Of a DNA stretch of 45,042 nucleotides, positions 37,427-45,042 are shown in pieces. The notes beneath the pieces are model-generated. The model worked only from the letters and a program-made list of their open reading frames with translations, made no database searches and was not told the origin of the DNA. The position numbers were made by a program, and so were the translations under genes. Source of the DNA: a virus (Duplodnaviria; Heunggongvirae; Uroviricota; Caudoviricetes); the IMG/VR virus record IMGVR_UViG_2563366951_000002, positions 1 through 45,042 of that record, one strand, 5' to 3'. Each line of letters begins with the position of its first letter. The first letter of the stretch is position 1.

Positions 37427-37840
37427 ATGAAAATCATTACTTACACGCAAATGCGATCGGATTTATCTGCAACGCTGGACTGTTTACGCTCTGGTGAAAG
37501 CGTCACAGTTACGCAGCGCGGAAAGCCCGACCTTGTCATCAGTGCAAAATCAGTTGATGAAATCGCTTCCGCAGATGAGGTAAAAACATCTGCGAAAACA
37601 ATAGACACGCATCTTGCGCAATTAATTGCATCGAATTTGTCACCACAGATAACGGAGGGTGTCATGAAGCTTACTAAGCAATTGGATGCCCTTCTTCAGT
37701 CTGATGAGGCTCGCCAGACTATGATGAAGGCCACTAATGCAGCAGTTGCTTTGCAGGGCGTGTCTGAGTCATTTATCAAAGCTCTGCAACATACTCAGAC
37801 CAAGCATGCGGACATCATAAAAAAACTGGAAGATAAGTAA
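37427..37840 (+). CDS. Phd/YefM-type antitoxin with extended C-terminal region (137 aa)
   Basis: ATG at 37427 with GAGAGGG upstream; N-terminus MKIITYTQMRSDLSATLDCLRSGESVTVTQRGKPDLVI has Phd/YefM character; stop overlaps the toxin start (TAATG). Confidence 0.65.
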   Translation: MKIITYTQMRSDLSATLDCLRSGESVTVTQRGKPDLVISAKSVDEIASADEVKTSAKTIDTHLAQLIASNLSPQITEGVMKLTKQLDALLQSDEARQTMMKATNAAVALQGVSESFIKALQHTQTKHADIIKKLEDK

Positions 37841-38247
37841 TGACTGAGATTACATTCCTTTCGGTAGATGAGGTCATCGCTATTCAGAAGAGCACATTGC
37901 CAAATAGCGGACAACCAGACCGGGGAAAACTCGAAGGTGCCCTCAATCGCGTCGATAACTTACGCATGTATGAAGGATGTGAGGATTTATTTAAATTTGC
38001 AGCTATGTACATGGTTGCGATAGCGAAGTCTCACGCTTTTAATGACGCCAATAAGCGAACGGCTTTCCAGGCCGCCAGCGTGTTTTTGCTTTTGAATGGC
38101 TATGAACTGAATACCTCAATGGAGTTAGTCAAGCTGACCATCTTTGCTGCTACGGGAGAGGCCGACTGCGATAACACTGCTTTGGCGCTTAAACTTTTGT
38201 CAGATTATAAGAATGAGCTGCTGGCAGATACGATAACTGGCTACTGA
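37840..38247 (+). CDS. doc: Doc-family toxin (Fic/Doc fold, 135 aa)
   Basis: Motif HAFNDANKRTA matches the Doc signature as in P1 Doc (HIFNDANKRTA); translationally coupled to the upstream antitoxin. Confidence 0.8.
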   Translation: MTEITFLSVDEVIAIQKSTLPNSGQPDRGKLEGALNRVDNLRMYEGCEDLFKFAAMYMVAIAKSHAFNDANKRTAFQAASVFLLLNGYELNTSMELVKLTIFAATGEADCDNTALALKLLSDYKNELLADTITGY

Positions 38248-38270
38248 TAGCAAAAAGTAAATTGTACACA

Positions 38271-38295
38271 ACCCGCCGCCGAGCGGGTTTTTTTA
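38271..38295 (+). terminator. Intrinsic terminator after the toxin gene
   Basis: Stem ACCCGC/GCGGGT with 6-nt loop followed by TTTTTTTAT. Confidence 0.65.
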
Positions 38296-38305
38296 TGGGG
38301 TTTTT

Positions 38306-39043
38306 ATGCCAATTCCAACTCAATCACAGATCGGCGGTGAGCAGCAGACCGCGCAGGCCATTGCCGATTCGGTGTCGACCCAGATGCGCGTAGCGATGCC
38401 CGGCATCATTCAGTCGTTCGATCCTGAGACTGTTACCTGCACAGTAGAGGTGGCGCTACGCGGTATTGTTGGCGACGGCTCCACCGAATTAAAACCGCTG
38501 GTGGATGTGCCGGTTATCTTCCCGCGCGGTGGCGGTTGCACACTGACCTTTCCGGTTAAAGAAGGCGACGAGTGCCTGCTGATCTTTGCCGACCGTTGCA
38601 TCGATTTCTGGTGGCAGAGCGGCGGCGTTCAGGAGACCGTCGACCCGCGTCAGCATGATTTATCGGATGCGTTCGCCATCGTTGGCCCGCAGTCGCAAGC
38701 ACAAAAAATCGGTGGAATCAGTACCGGAGCAACGCAGCTGCGCAGCGACGATGGGAGCACGTATTTTGAGCTCAACCCCACCACGCAGAAAATTAAAATT
38801 GTAGCGCCAGGCGGCCTGGATGTTATCGCGCCTGAATCGACATTCTCAGCGAAGGTAACGATTACCGGTCTACTCACCTGGATGGGGGGGATGGTCGGCA
38901 GTCTTGCCAGCGGAACAGCGGCGAAAATTACTGGTGCGATTGAATTCTTTGGGACGCTTAAATCTAACGGTAAATCTATTGATGACACGCACACCCACAA
39001 AGGCGTTCAGACGGGTAGCGGCAATTCTGGTGGGGTAAACTGA
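38306..39043 (+). CDS. Putative baseplate spike/hub protein (gpV/Gp138-like, 245 aa)
   Basis: ORF from track; position in baseplate block; family by recall. Confidence 0.5.
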   Translation: MPIPTQSQIGGEQQTAQAIADSVSTQMRVAMPGIIQSFDPETVTCTVEVALRGIVGDGSTELKPLVDVPVIFPRGGGCTLTFPVKEGDECLLIFADRCIDFWWQSGGVQETVDPRQHDLSDAFAIVGPQSQAQKIGGISTGATQLRSDDGSTYFELNPTTQKIKIVAPGGLDVIAPESTFSAKVTITGLLTWMGGMVGSLASGTAAKITGAIEFFGTLKSNGKSIDDTHTHKGVQTGSGNSGGVN

Positions 39044-39396
39044 TGCGATACCGACGAGAAGATGCTGACGGCGATTACACTTTCGGGCAGGGTGACGACA
39101 CCTTCCTTATCGACAGCCCGGAGTGTGTCGCCCAGGCCGTAAAAACCCGTTTCGAGCTGTGGCGCGGTCAGTGGTTTCTCGATCTGACGGAAGGCACGCC
39201 GTATGTTCAGTCAGTGCTTGGGAAGCAGCGATCAGATGTCTACATCCTGGCTATACGCGAACGCATACAGGATACACCGGGCGTTCTGTCGATTCTTTCC
39301 TTCGATACCAATTATGACGGCACCAGCCGTCGCGTCACCTTCACTTCCTCCATTGACACAATCTACGGCCAGACGACTGTAACAAGCGAGGCATAA
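39043..39396 (+). CDS. Putative baseplate protein (117 aa)
   Basis: ORF from track; ATG overlaps upstream stop. Confidence 0.5.
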   Translation: MRYRREDADGDYTFGQGDDTFLIDSPECVAQAVKTRFELWRGQWFLDLTEGTPYVQSVLGKQRSDVYILAIRERIQDTPGVLSILSFDTNYDGTSRRVTFTSSIDTIYGQTTVTSEA

Positions 39397-40596
39397 ATGG
39401 CTTTGAACCTCGACACGCTGGGGCTATCGGCAACGGTAACCGCCCAGGGGATTAGTGCGCCTGATTACCAGACAATCCTTGATACACTGACCAGCTATTT
39501 CAGGCAGATTTACGGTAGTGATGCCTACCTCGAACCAGACAGCAAAGACGGGCAGATGGTCGCGCTGGTGGCTCTTGCCGTGCATGACGCGAACAATACT
39601 GCTATCGAGATCTACAACTCGTTTTCACCGACGACAGCGCAGGCCGCAGCGCTTAGCAACAATGTGAAAATTAACGGGATCACGCGAAAAGTAGCGACAA
39701 ACTCTACTGCTGACCTTCTGTTAACCGGTACGGCAGGCACGACTATCACGAATGGCTCCGCACGGGATAAAAACGGCATTATCTGGAATTTTCCCGCAAG
39801 TGTAGCGATCGGCGTTGATGGTACTGTGCTGGTGACGGCCACATGTGCGAATAGCGGTTCGGTTGCGGCGCTGGCCGGGACTATTACCACTATCAACACC
39901 CCGACCCGAGGTTGGGTGTCGGTAACCAATCCAGTTGCGGCTACTGTCGGTTCACCAGCCGAAACCGACGCAGAGCTGCGCATTCGGCAGGGGCAAAGCG
40001 TCGCGCTACCATCGATCACACCGTTTGAAGGTGTCGACGGTGCTATCGCTAATGTTGCTGGCGTGACACGTCACAAACTATATGAGAACGACACTGGGGC
40101 AACCGACAGCAACGGGCTGCCGCCACACTCTATTTCCGCCATCGTCGATGGAGGGGATGTTACCGAGATAGCCCAAACAATCCGGGGGAGTAAAGGGCAG
40201 GGAACCGCAACTTACGGTAAAACTTCTGTCACGGTGCCGGATACTTACGGTAATCCACACGTCATCAGTTTTTCGCGCTCTACCGATGTGCCAATTTTCG
40301 TAGCCATTACCCTGAAAGTTTTTACCGGCTATACCTCTCAAATCGGCGAGCAGATTAAACAGGCTGTTGCCGATTATATAAATGGCCTAACAATTGGCGA
40401 CGACGTTCTGCTGAGCCGTATTTATTCCCCGGCAAACCTCGGCGTTGTGAGCGGCGGGAATGCCCGCTATTACGACATTACCGAACTGCTGATCGGTAAG
40501 TCGTCTGGCAGCGTATCGGCATCAAATATTGATATTGCCTATGATGCTTCGGCGTCCTGTAGCACCGCGAATATCACAATCACGGTGACCTCATGA
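39397..40596 (+). CDS. Putative baseplate J-like protein (399 aa)
   Basis: ORF from track; size and position typical of baseplate J/gp47-like proteins. Confidence 0.5.
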   Translation: MALNLDTLGLSATVTAQGISAPDYQTILDTLTSYFRQIYGSDAYLEPDSKDGQMVALVALAVHDANNTAIEIYNSFSPTTAQAAALSNNVKINGITRKVATNSTADLLLTGTAGTTITNGSARDKNGIIWNFPASVAIGVDGTVLVTATCANSGSVAALAGTITTINTPTRGWVSVTNPVAATVGSPAETDAELRIRQGQSVALPSITPFEGVDGAIANVAGVTRHKLYENDTGATDSNGLPPHSISAIVDGGDVTEIAQTIRGSKGQGTATYGKTSVTVPDTYGNPHVISFSRSTDVPIFVAITLKVFTGYTSQIGEQIKQAVADYINGLTIGDDVLLSRIYSPANLGVVSGGNARYYDITELLIGKSSGSVSASNIDIAYDASASCSTANITITVTS

Positions 40597-41273
40597 GCAA
40601 ATACACCGAACTGATCACTAACTACCACGCTACCAAGCCACTCTTTTTTGACCATATAGATCTGAGCACCCGCCCGTTGATTGATGTGTCCAGCACTATG
40701 TCAGGACTTGTAACAGCCTTTGATATAGATACGGCGGTCGGCGTACAGCTCGATACCCTCGGTCTGTGGATTGGGCGTAGTCGTATAGTCAGCCAGCCAA
40801 TTAGCGGCGTTTATTTCAGCTGGGACACTGACGGGCTCGGATATGACCAGGGGGTATGGCAGGGACCATACGATCCTGATTCAGGATACATGTATCTCAG
40901 CGATGAAACTTATCGTGTCATTCTTAAAGCGAAGATTGCGATTAATAACTGGGACGGACGGAATGATTCGCTTCCAGTAATTCTTGACGCGGCAACAGCA
41001 GGATCCGGGCTGCGAATGCAGATAGTCGATAACCAGGACATGACGATATCGGTCTGGGTCTTTCCTGATACTGATATTTCAGATGTATCGCGTGAGTTAA
41101 TTGCCGCAATTAAACAGGGCTATCTCACCGTAAAAGCAGCTGGCGTATGGGCCGGTGATGTGGAAACGCCTTCGGTAGAAACACCGTCTGAAGGCACTAA
41201 ATTTTTTGGGTTTGATATGGACAACGAATATATCGGCGGTTTTGATACCGGCGCTTGGGGGGTATTACTCTAA
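40593..41273 (+). CDS. Putative tail protein (226 aa)
   Basis: ORF from track; precedes the tail fibre gene. Confidence 0.5.
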   Translation: MSKYTELITNYHATKPLFFDHIDLSTRPLIDVSSTMSGLVTAFDIDTAVGVQLDTLGLWIGRSRIVSQPISGVYFSWDTDGLGYDQGVWQGPYDPDSGYMYLSDETYRVILKAKIAINNWDGRNDSLPVILDAATAGSGLRMQIVDNQDMTISVWVFPDTDISDVSRELIAAIKQGYLTVKAAGVWAGDVETPSVETPSEGTKFFGFDMDNEYIGGFDTGAWGVLL

Positions 41274-42211
41274 TGGCAACAAATAACTTCAAAGCGTTCG
41301 CGCTTGATCCTAACGCTAATGTTACGCCACAAGCTGACTGGGAGGCGCTACCGACACTACTATCAGGATTTACTTCAGGTAAGGCATCAAGTGCGCAGGT
41401 GAATAAAGCGCTTAGACAGTCGTTGTTTATTGCTTCTACCTTGGCTGAATTTGTATCAACGACACTGAATACGGATATCCTTGATGATGGTGATGTCACT
41501 GGGTTCGTGAGTAAATTGACATCTGCATTACAATTAAATTCTCCAGGGCGTCTCATTAATATTCAGACTATCACTACTTCAGGAACGTACACAAAAACAC
41601 CTGGTGCGAAGCATGCTTTAATTCGTGCAGTAGGAGGGGGGGCAGGTGGTGGCGGGGCTCCTGCCACTTCATCAACGACTCAGTCAACAGCAAAAGGTGG
41701 GGAATCTGGCGCTTATATTGAAGCGTATGTTGATCTAAGTTCTGTGACTTCTTTATCTGCAATTATTGGTGCTGGTGGAGTTGGAGCCATTGCTGGCAGT
41801 AATAGCGGGACATCTGGCGGAACGACTTCCTTAGGGAGTCTAATTTCATGTCCAGGTGGTGAGCCTGGAATTGGTGGGAATACCAGCGCAGCAAGTTTTG
41901 TATCATCTGACAGGGCATCAAATAAAGCGCCAATGTCAACAGGCATGATTTTGGTTTCAACGCCAACATCGTTACCAAACCTTGGCCGCGTAGCAAATCC
42001 ATCAGCTCCTACTGTTGGTGGTACCGGTGGATCTAATCCTTTAGGGATGGGGGGGGCTGCTGGAGCTGCGGTACCAGGAACACCTACATTACCGACAAAT
42101 GGAAGTGGCTATGGTAGTGGGGGAGGGGGAGGCGTATCAGTTGGAGGGATGTCTGCAATGGGCGGTGGTAATGGTGCGCCTGGAATTATTATCATCATGG
42201 AGTATGCGTAA
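41273..42211 (+). CDS. Tail fibre protein with glycine-rich C-terminal region (312 aa)
   Basis: ATG at 41273 (TAATG overlap with upstream stop; track ORF starts 41255); C-terminal Gly-rich repeats (GGGAGGGGAP, GGTGGSNPLGMGGAAGAA); followed by a fibre assembly gene. Confidence 0.65.
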   Translation: MATNNFKAFALDPNANVTPQADWEALPTLLSGFTSGKASSAQVNKALRQSLFIASTLAEFVSTTLNTDILDDGDVTGFVSKLTSALQLNSPGRLINIQTITTSGTYTKTPGAKHALIRAVGGGAGGGGAPATSSTTQSTAKGGESGAYIEAYVDLSSVTSLSAIIGAGGVGAIAGSNSGTSGGTTSLGSLISCPGGEPGIGGNTSAASFVSSDRASNKAPMSTGMILVSTPTSLPNLGRVANPSAPTVGGTGGSNPLGMGGAAGAAVPGTPTLPTNGSGYGSGGGGGVSVGGMSAMGGGNGAPGIIIIMEYA

Positions 42212-42603
42212 TGAAATATGCAGTCATTGAAAACGGGAATGTTATAAACATTATTGAACTAGATGATTCAGAAATGCTTCCTGGAACCGAGTTAGAAATT
42301 ATACCTGAAGGTGAAGTTGTAGATATAGGCTATAAGTGGGTTGGAACGACATTTGAACCTCCACCAAAGCCAGATCTGACTGACACAGAACGCCTGGAAT
42401 TAATTACGATTCAGAGAGATGAGCGGATTTCAGCTGCTTTAAACTATGTATCATTTAACAACCTAAATGCAAAATTGTTGCTAAATATGCTTTCTGATGA
42501 GGAAAAAAACCTTTACGCTTCAATAATTAAATACGTTGATACACTTAGGGGTATGCAGTTCAATTCTTTATCTGAAATAAAGTGGCCTGCTCTCCCGTAC
42601 TAG
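42211..42603 (+). CDS. Tail fibre assembly protein (Tfa-like, 130 aa)
   Basis: MKYAVIENGNVINIIELDD... and position after the fibre gene with TAATG coupling. Confidence 0.65.
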   Translation: MKYAVIENGNVINIIELDDSEMLPGTELEIIPEGEVVDIGYKWVGTTFEPPPKPDLTDTERLELITIQRDERISAALNYVSFNNLNAKLLLNMLSDEEKNLYASIIKYVDTLRGMQFNSLSEIKWPALPY

Positions 42604-42608
42604 TTTAA

Positions 42609-42634
42609 CCCGCGACCTATCGTGAGGTCGCGGT
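42609..42634. terminator. Hairpin between convergent tfa and acyltransferase genes
   Basis: Stem CCCGCGACC/GGTCGCGG with 8-nt loop; no clean U-tract on either strand. Confidence 0.35.
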
Positions 42635-42642
42635 GTTATAGA

Positions 42643-43686
42643 TTACCCTGTAAATATGCTCATGATTATCTTTGAAGCGCGTTTACTTTCAAGGTGGCTA
42701 GATATCATTTTCACTAATTTTACTTGTGAATACACAACTAATAATGCAAGTGTATAAGTTACAATAAATGTTATCACAAAGTTTAAACTGAGTTTGTGGC
42801 ACATTAATATGAATAAAATGTGCCACAGATAAAGCCATATTGAGTTTTCTGAAGTAAATTTGACAAGTGTCCATGCAACAGTATTTTTTAAGCGAGCCAC
42901 AATGGCATCAGCATATAAATAAACCAGTGTGCTAACGAATACAGCATAGGATAAATAGTAAATCCCCGGGGGGTATTTATCAATTTGTGTTGGGATAAAG
43001 GAATTATCTACAAAGTAAAAATCAATAACTAAGAAAAAGAACAGGGACGCAGAACAAATAATCAACAGTAAAATTTGCTTTTTGTCTAAACTCATTAGTT
43101 TATAGCCGATTAAAAATACAAACATATAAGGTATAGTGTTTGCAATATAGGAGCCGATGAGAACCATTTTGTTCATTTCGTCAAGCTCTTTATAGAAACT
43201 TTTGAATTGACTATTAATAATTACGGTGAGAGCAAAAAAAGATAGTAGATACAACATTCTTGCATTGAGTAATTTCTTTGGTAAGAATATCGCAATTGTC
43301 GAAATTATGAAAAAAAGCCTTATAACCCAAACATATCCCAATCCGCTAGATAACGTAAATGAGGTAATTATATGCCCTTGTGGATAAGTGAAGTTTTTAA
43401 TATTAAATGCTAAGGCAAGACATTCATTTATTACGAAGAAAAAACCAAAGAAAATCCATGTAGGAAGAACTAATCGACGAAAGCGCGAGGCGATATAACC
43501 TAGTTTGTCTTTATGTCTTTCCTCTGTCACATAAAATGACATTCCCATGACCATAAACATTAAAGGTACATCGAAGTTACGCAGTTGAGCTAGCCATAAA
43601 GGAGGCTGGACATGGGCTAGAATGATTAGAGAAAGCCCGAGAAATCTTAAAAAATCTATTTTATCAATACGCATGACTTCGTCCAT
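42643..43686 (-). CDS. Acyltransferase-3 family integral membrane protein (O-antigen acetylase-like, 347 aa)
   Basis: ORF from track; about ten hydrophobic segments; N-terminal FLRFLGLSLIILAHV typical of acyltransferase_3; very AT-rich codon usage unlike neighbours; opposite strand to the tail genes, next to attR. Confidence 0.7.
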   Translation of the reverse strand: MDEVMRIDKIDFLRFLGLSLIILAHVQPPLWLAQLRNFDVPLMFMVMGMSFYVTEERHKDKLGYIASRFRRLVLPTWIFFGFFFVINECLALAFNIKNFTYPQGHIITSFTLSSGLGYVWVIRLFFIISTIAIFLPKKLLNARMLYLLSFFALTVIINSQFKSFYKELDEMNKMVLIGSYIANTIPYMFVFLIGYKLMSLDKKQILLLIICSASLFFFLVIDFYFVDNSFIPTQIDKYPPGIYYLSYAVFVSTLVYLYADAIVARLKNTVAWTLVKFTSENSIWLYLWHILFILMCHKLSLNFVITFIVTYTLALLVVYSQVKLVKMISSHLESKRASKIIMSIFTG

Positions 43687-44267
43687 TAGATTTTATAGAT
43701 CAACGATTATACATTAGTATTGATCGGCTATGACACCATTGCTTATAGGTATGCTCTCTGTTGTATGAGTACAGCTCAGGAGCTTCGCCTTGGTTTGTTA
43801 TAGCTTACGGTGCCGATTTACGATGTCGGAGTGCCGACACCGTATCGCAAATTCCCGGTAGGCAGTGGTTAGACACGATGCAGGCCGCCGGTGATTGTTG
43901 AGACTGGCAGCCTGCATAATTTACAGCCCAACCTGGCGAACTGTCGGGAACTCAGATACCAGCCACATATCGGCTTCTTCAAACATATCCTCGTTTCTGG
44001 TCAAGTGAGGAGTGAAAATTCATGTGCCATTTTTGTGTCACACAAGGTGAAGCATCTAACATTGTCTTGCATCATGTGCCATTAAGTTTCTTATAGTGAA
44101 TGCGGCAATGTGTATGTAAAACAGCTAGTTAAATGTGATTCTACTAATTCGTAATGCGAAGGTCATGTGACGTTACCGTCTATCCAGTACGCCCACCATT
44201 GCATCATTTCTCTGCGCTTATCGAGATACTGAGCATGGTTGTAAATTCAGCAAACGACGTAATGTGT

Positions 44268-44314
44268 TTGACAAAAAATTAGCGCAAGAAGACAAAAAAA
44301 TCACCTTGCGCTAA
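44268..44314 (-). terminator. sib/tI-like hairpin distal to int across the att site
   Basis: 10-bp perfect inverted repeat TTAGCGCAAG...CTTGCGCTAA with 16-nt loop; on the minus strand followed by TTTTTTGT; lies just beyond the P arm, where lambda places sib/tI. Confidence 0.5.
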
Positions 44315-44323
44315 TGCTCTGTT

Positions 44324-44367
44324 ACAGGTCACTAATACCATCTAAGTGGTTGATTCATAGTGACTGG
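44324..44367. promoter_or_regulatory. P-arm Int arm-type sites (P1, P2)
   Basis: acaggtcactaat and inverted catagtgactgg match the lambda P1/P2 arm-type site pattern. Confidence 0.55.
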
Positions 44368-44460
44368 ATATGTTGTGTTTTGTAGCATTATGCAGTCTAT
44401 TTTTTAGACTAAAGATATTGTAACACATTGATATTAATGTTTTTTAATGTTTCGCGTTCA

Positions 44461-44475
44461 GCTTTTTTATACTAA
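44461..44475. other. attR core
   Basis: GCTTTTTTATACTAA followed by host attB right half (cttgagcgaaacggg). Confidence 0.9.
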
Positions 44476-44534
44476 CTTGAGCGAAACGGGAAGGTAAAAA
44501 GACAAAAAGTTGTTTTTAATACCTTTAAGTGATA

Positions 44535-44557
44535 CCAGATGGCATTGCGCCATCTGG
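44535..44557. terminator. Perfect hairpin downstream of ybhB (candidate host terminator)
   Basis: CCAGATGGC attgc GCCATCTGG, 9-bp stem; weak U-tract. Confidence 0.4.
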
Positions 44558-44565
44558 CAGAGTGA

Positions 44566-45042
44566 TTAACTAAACATCGCAGTAATCGAGGCGCTTGCCA
44601 GAGAGTGGAAATGAACGTTAAACCCGACCATCGCGCCGCTGGCACCTTCATCGACATCAATACGTTCTATATCCAGCGCGTGAACGGTAAAAATGTAGCG
44701 ATGAGTTTCGCCTTTCGGCGGTGCTGCGCCATCGTACCCGGTTTTACCAAAGTCGGTACGCGTCTGCAAAACGCCGTCTGGCATTGCTACCAGACCAGAG
44801 CCAAACCCTTGCGGTAATACGCGGGTATCAGCGGGTAAGTTAACAACTACCCAGTGCCACCAGCCGGAGCCGGTTGGCGCATCCGGGTCGTAGCAGGTGA
44901 CAACAAAACTTTTCGTTCCCGCAGGAACATCATCCCACGCCAGATGCGGTGAAATATTATCGCCATCGTAACCCATGCCGTTAAAGACATGACGATGCGG
45001 CAATTTATCGCCATCGCGCAGATCGTTACTGATGAGTTTCAT
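44566..45042 (-). CDS. ybhB: YbhB, PEBP/kinase-inhibitor-family protein (158 aa); host gene on the bio side of attB-lambda
   Basis: Complete ORF from track, ATG at 45040-45042; recognised by recall as E. coli ybhB. Confidence 0.85.
   Translation of the reverse strand: MKLISNDLRDGDKLPHRHVFNGMGYDGDNISPHLAWDDVPAGTKSFVVTCYDPDAPTGSGWWHWVVVNLPADTRVLPQGFGSGLVAMPDGVLQTRTDFGKTGYDGAAPPKGETHRYIFTVHALDIERIDVDEGASGAMVGFNVHFHSLASASITAMFS

Larger units (their letters stand above)
1331..44475. mobile_element. Integrated lambdoid prophage, about 43.1 kb, inserted at attB-lambda between ybhC and ybhB
   Basis: Identical 15-bp core GCTTTTTTATACTAA at both ends; lambda-type P' arm next to int and P arm at the far end; gene order int-xis...cI-cro-cII-O-helicase-nin-Q-lysis-terminase-head-tail between the two cores. 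Confidence 0.9.

Overview
This window is an Escherichia coli chromosomal segment, ybhC - attB(lambda) - ybhB, carrying a complete integrated lambdoid prophage of about 43.1 kb (attL core 1331-1345, attR core 44461-44475, both GCTTTTTTATACTAA). All calls are from reading the sequence and the ORF track; no searches were run. The prophage is a mosaic. Lambda-like: int/xis and att arms, cIII, cII, nin region (ninB/E/F/H, rusA), Q with pR', S holin and Rz/Rz1. P22-like: N antiterminator with GACAA-loop boxB at nutL and nutR. Replication uses an O-like initiator with internal iterons and a DnaB-type helicase. Morphogenesis genes (terminase, portal, MuF-like, capsid, possible sheath/tube, frameshifted chaperone, tape measure with SLT domain, baseplate, fibre) look Mu/SfV-like rather than lambda-like. 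The most notable items are: (1) a 343-aa intein with a LAGLIDADG endonuclease inserted in the Walker A P-loop of the helicase, with Ala at position 1 and Thr at +1 (class 3-like); (2) a three-gene island inside the baseplate cluster encoding a secreted protein and a Phd/Doc toxin-antitoxin pair with a perfect palindromic operator; (3) an AT-rich acyltransferase-3 (O-antigen acetylase-like) gene next to attR; (4) a free-standing HNH endonuclease in the nin region; (5) a sib/tI-like hairpin placed distal to int. No rRNA, tRNA or CRISPR array was seen.
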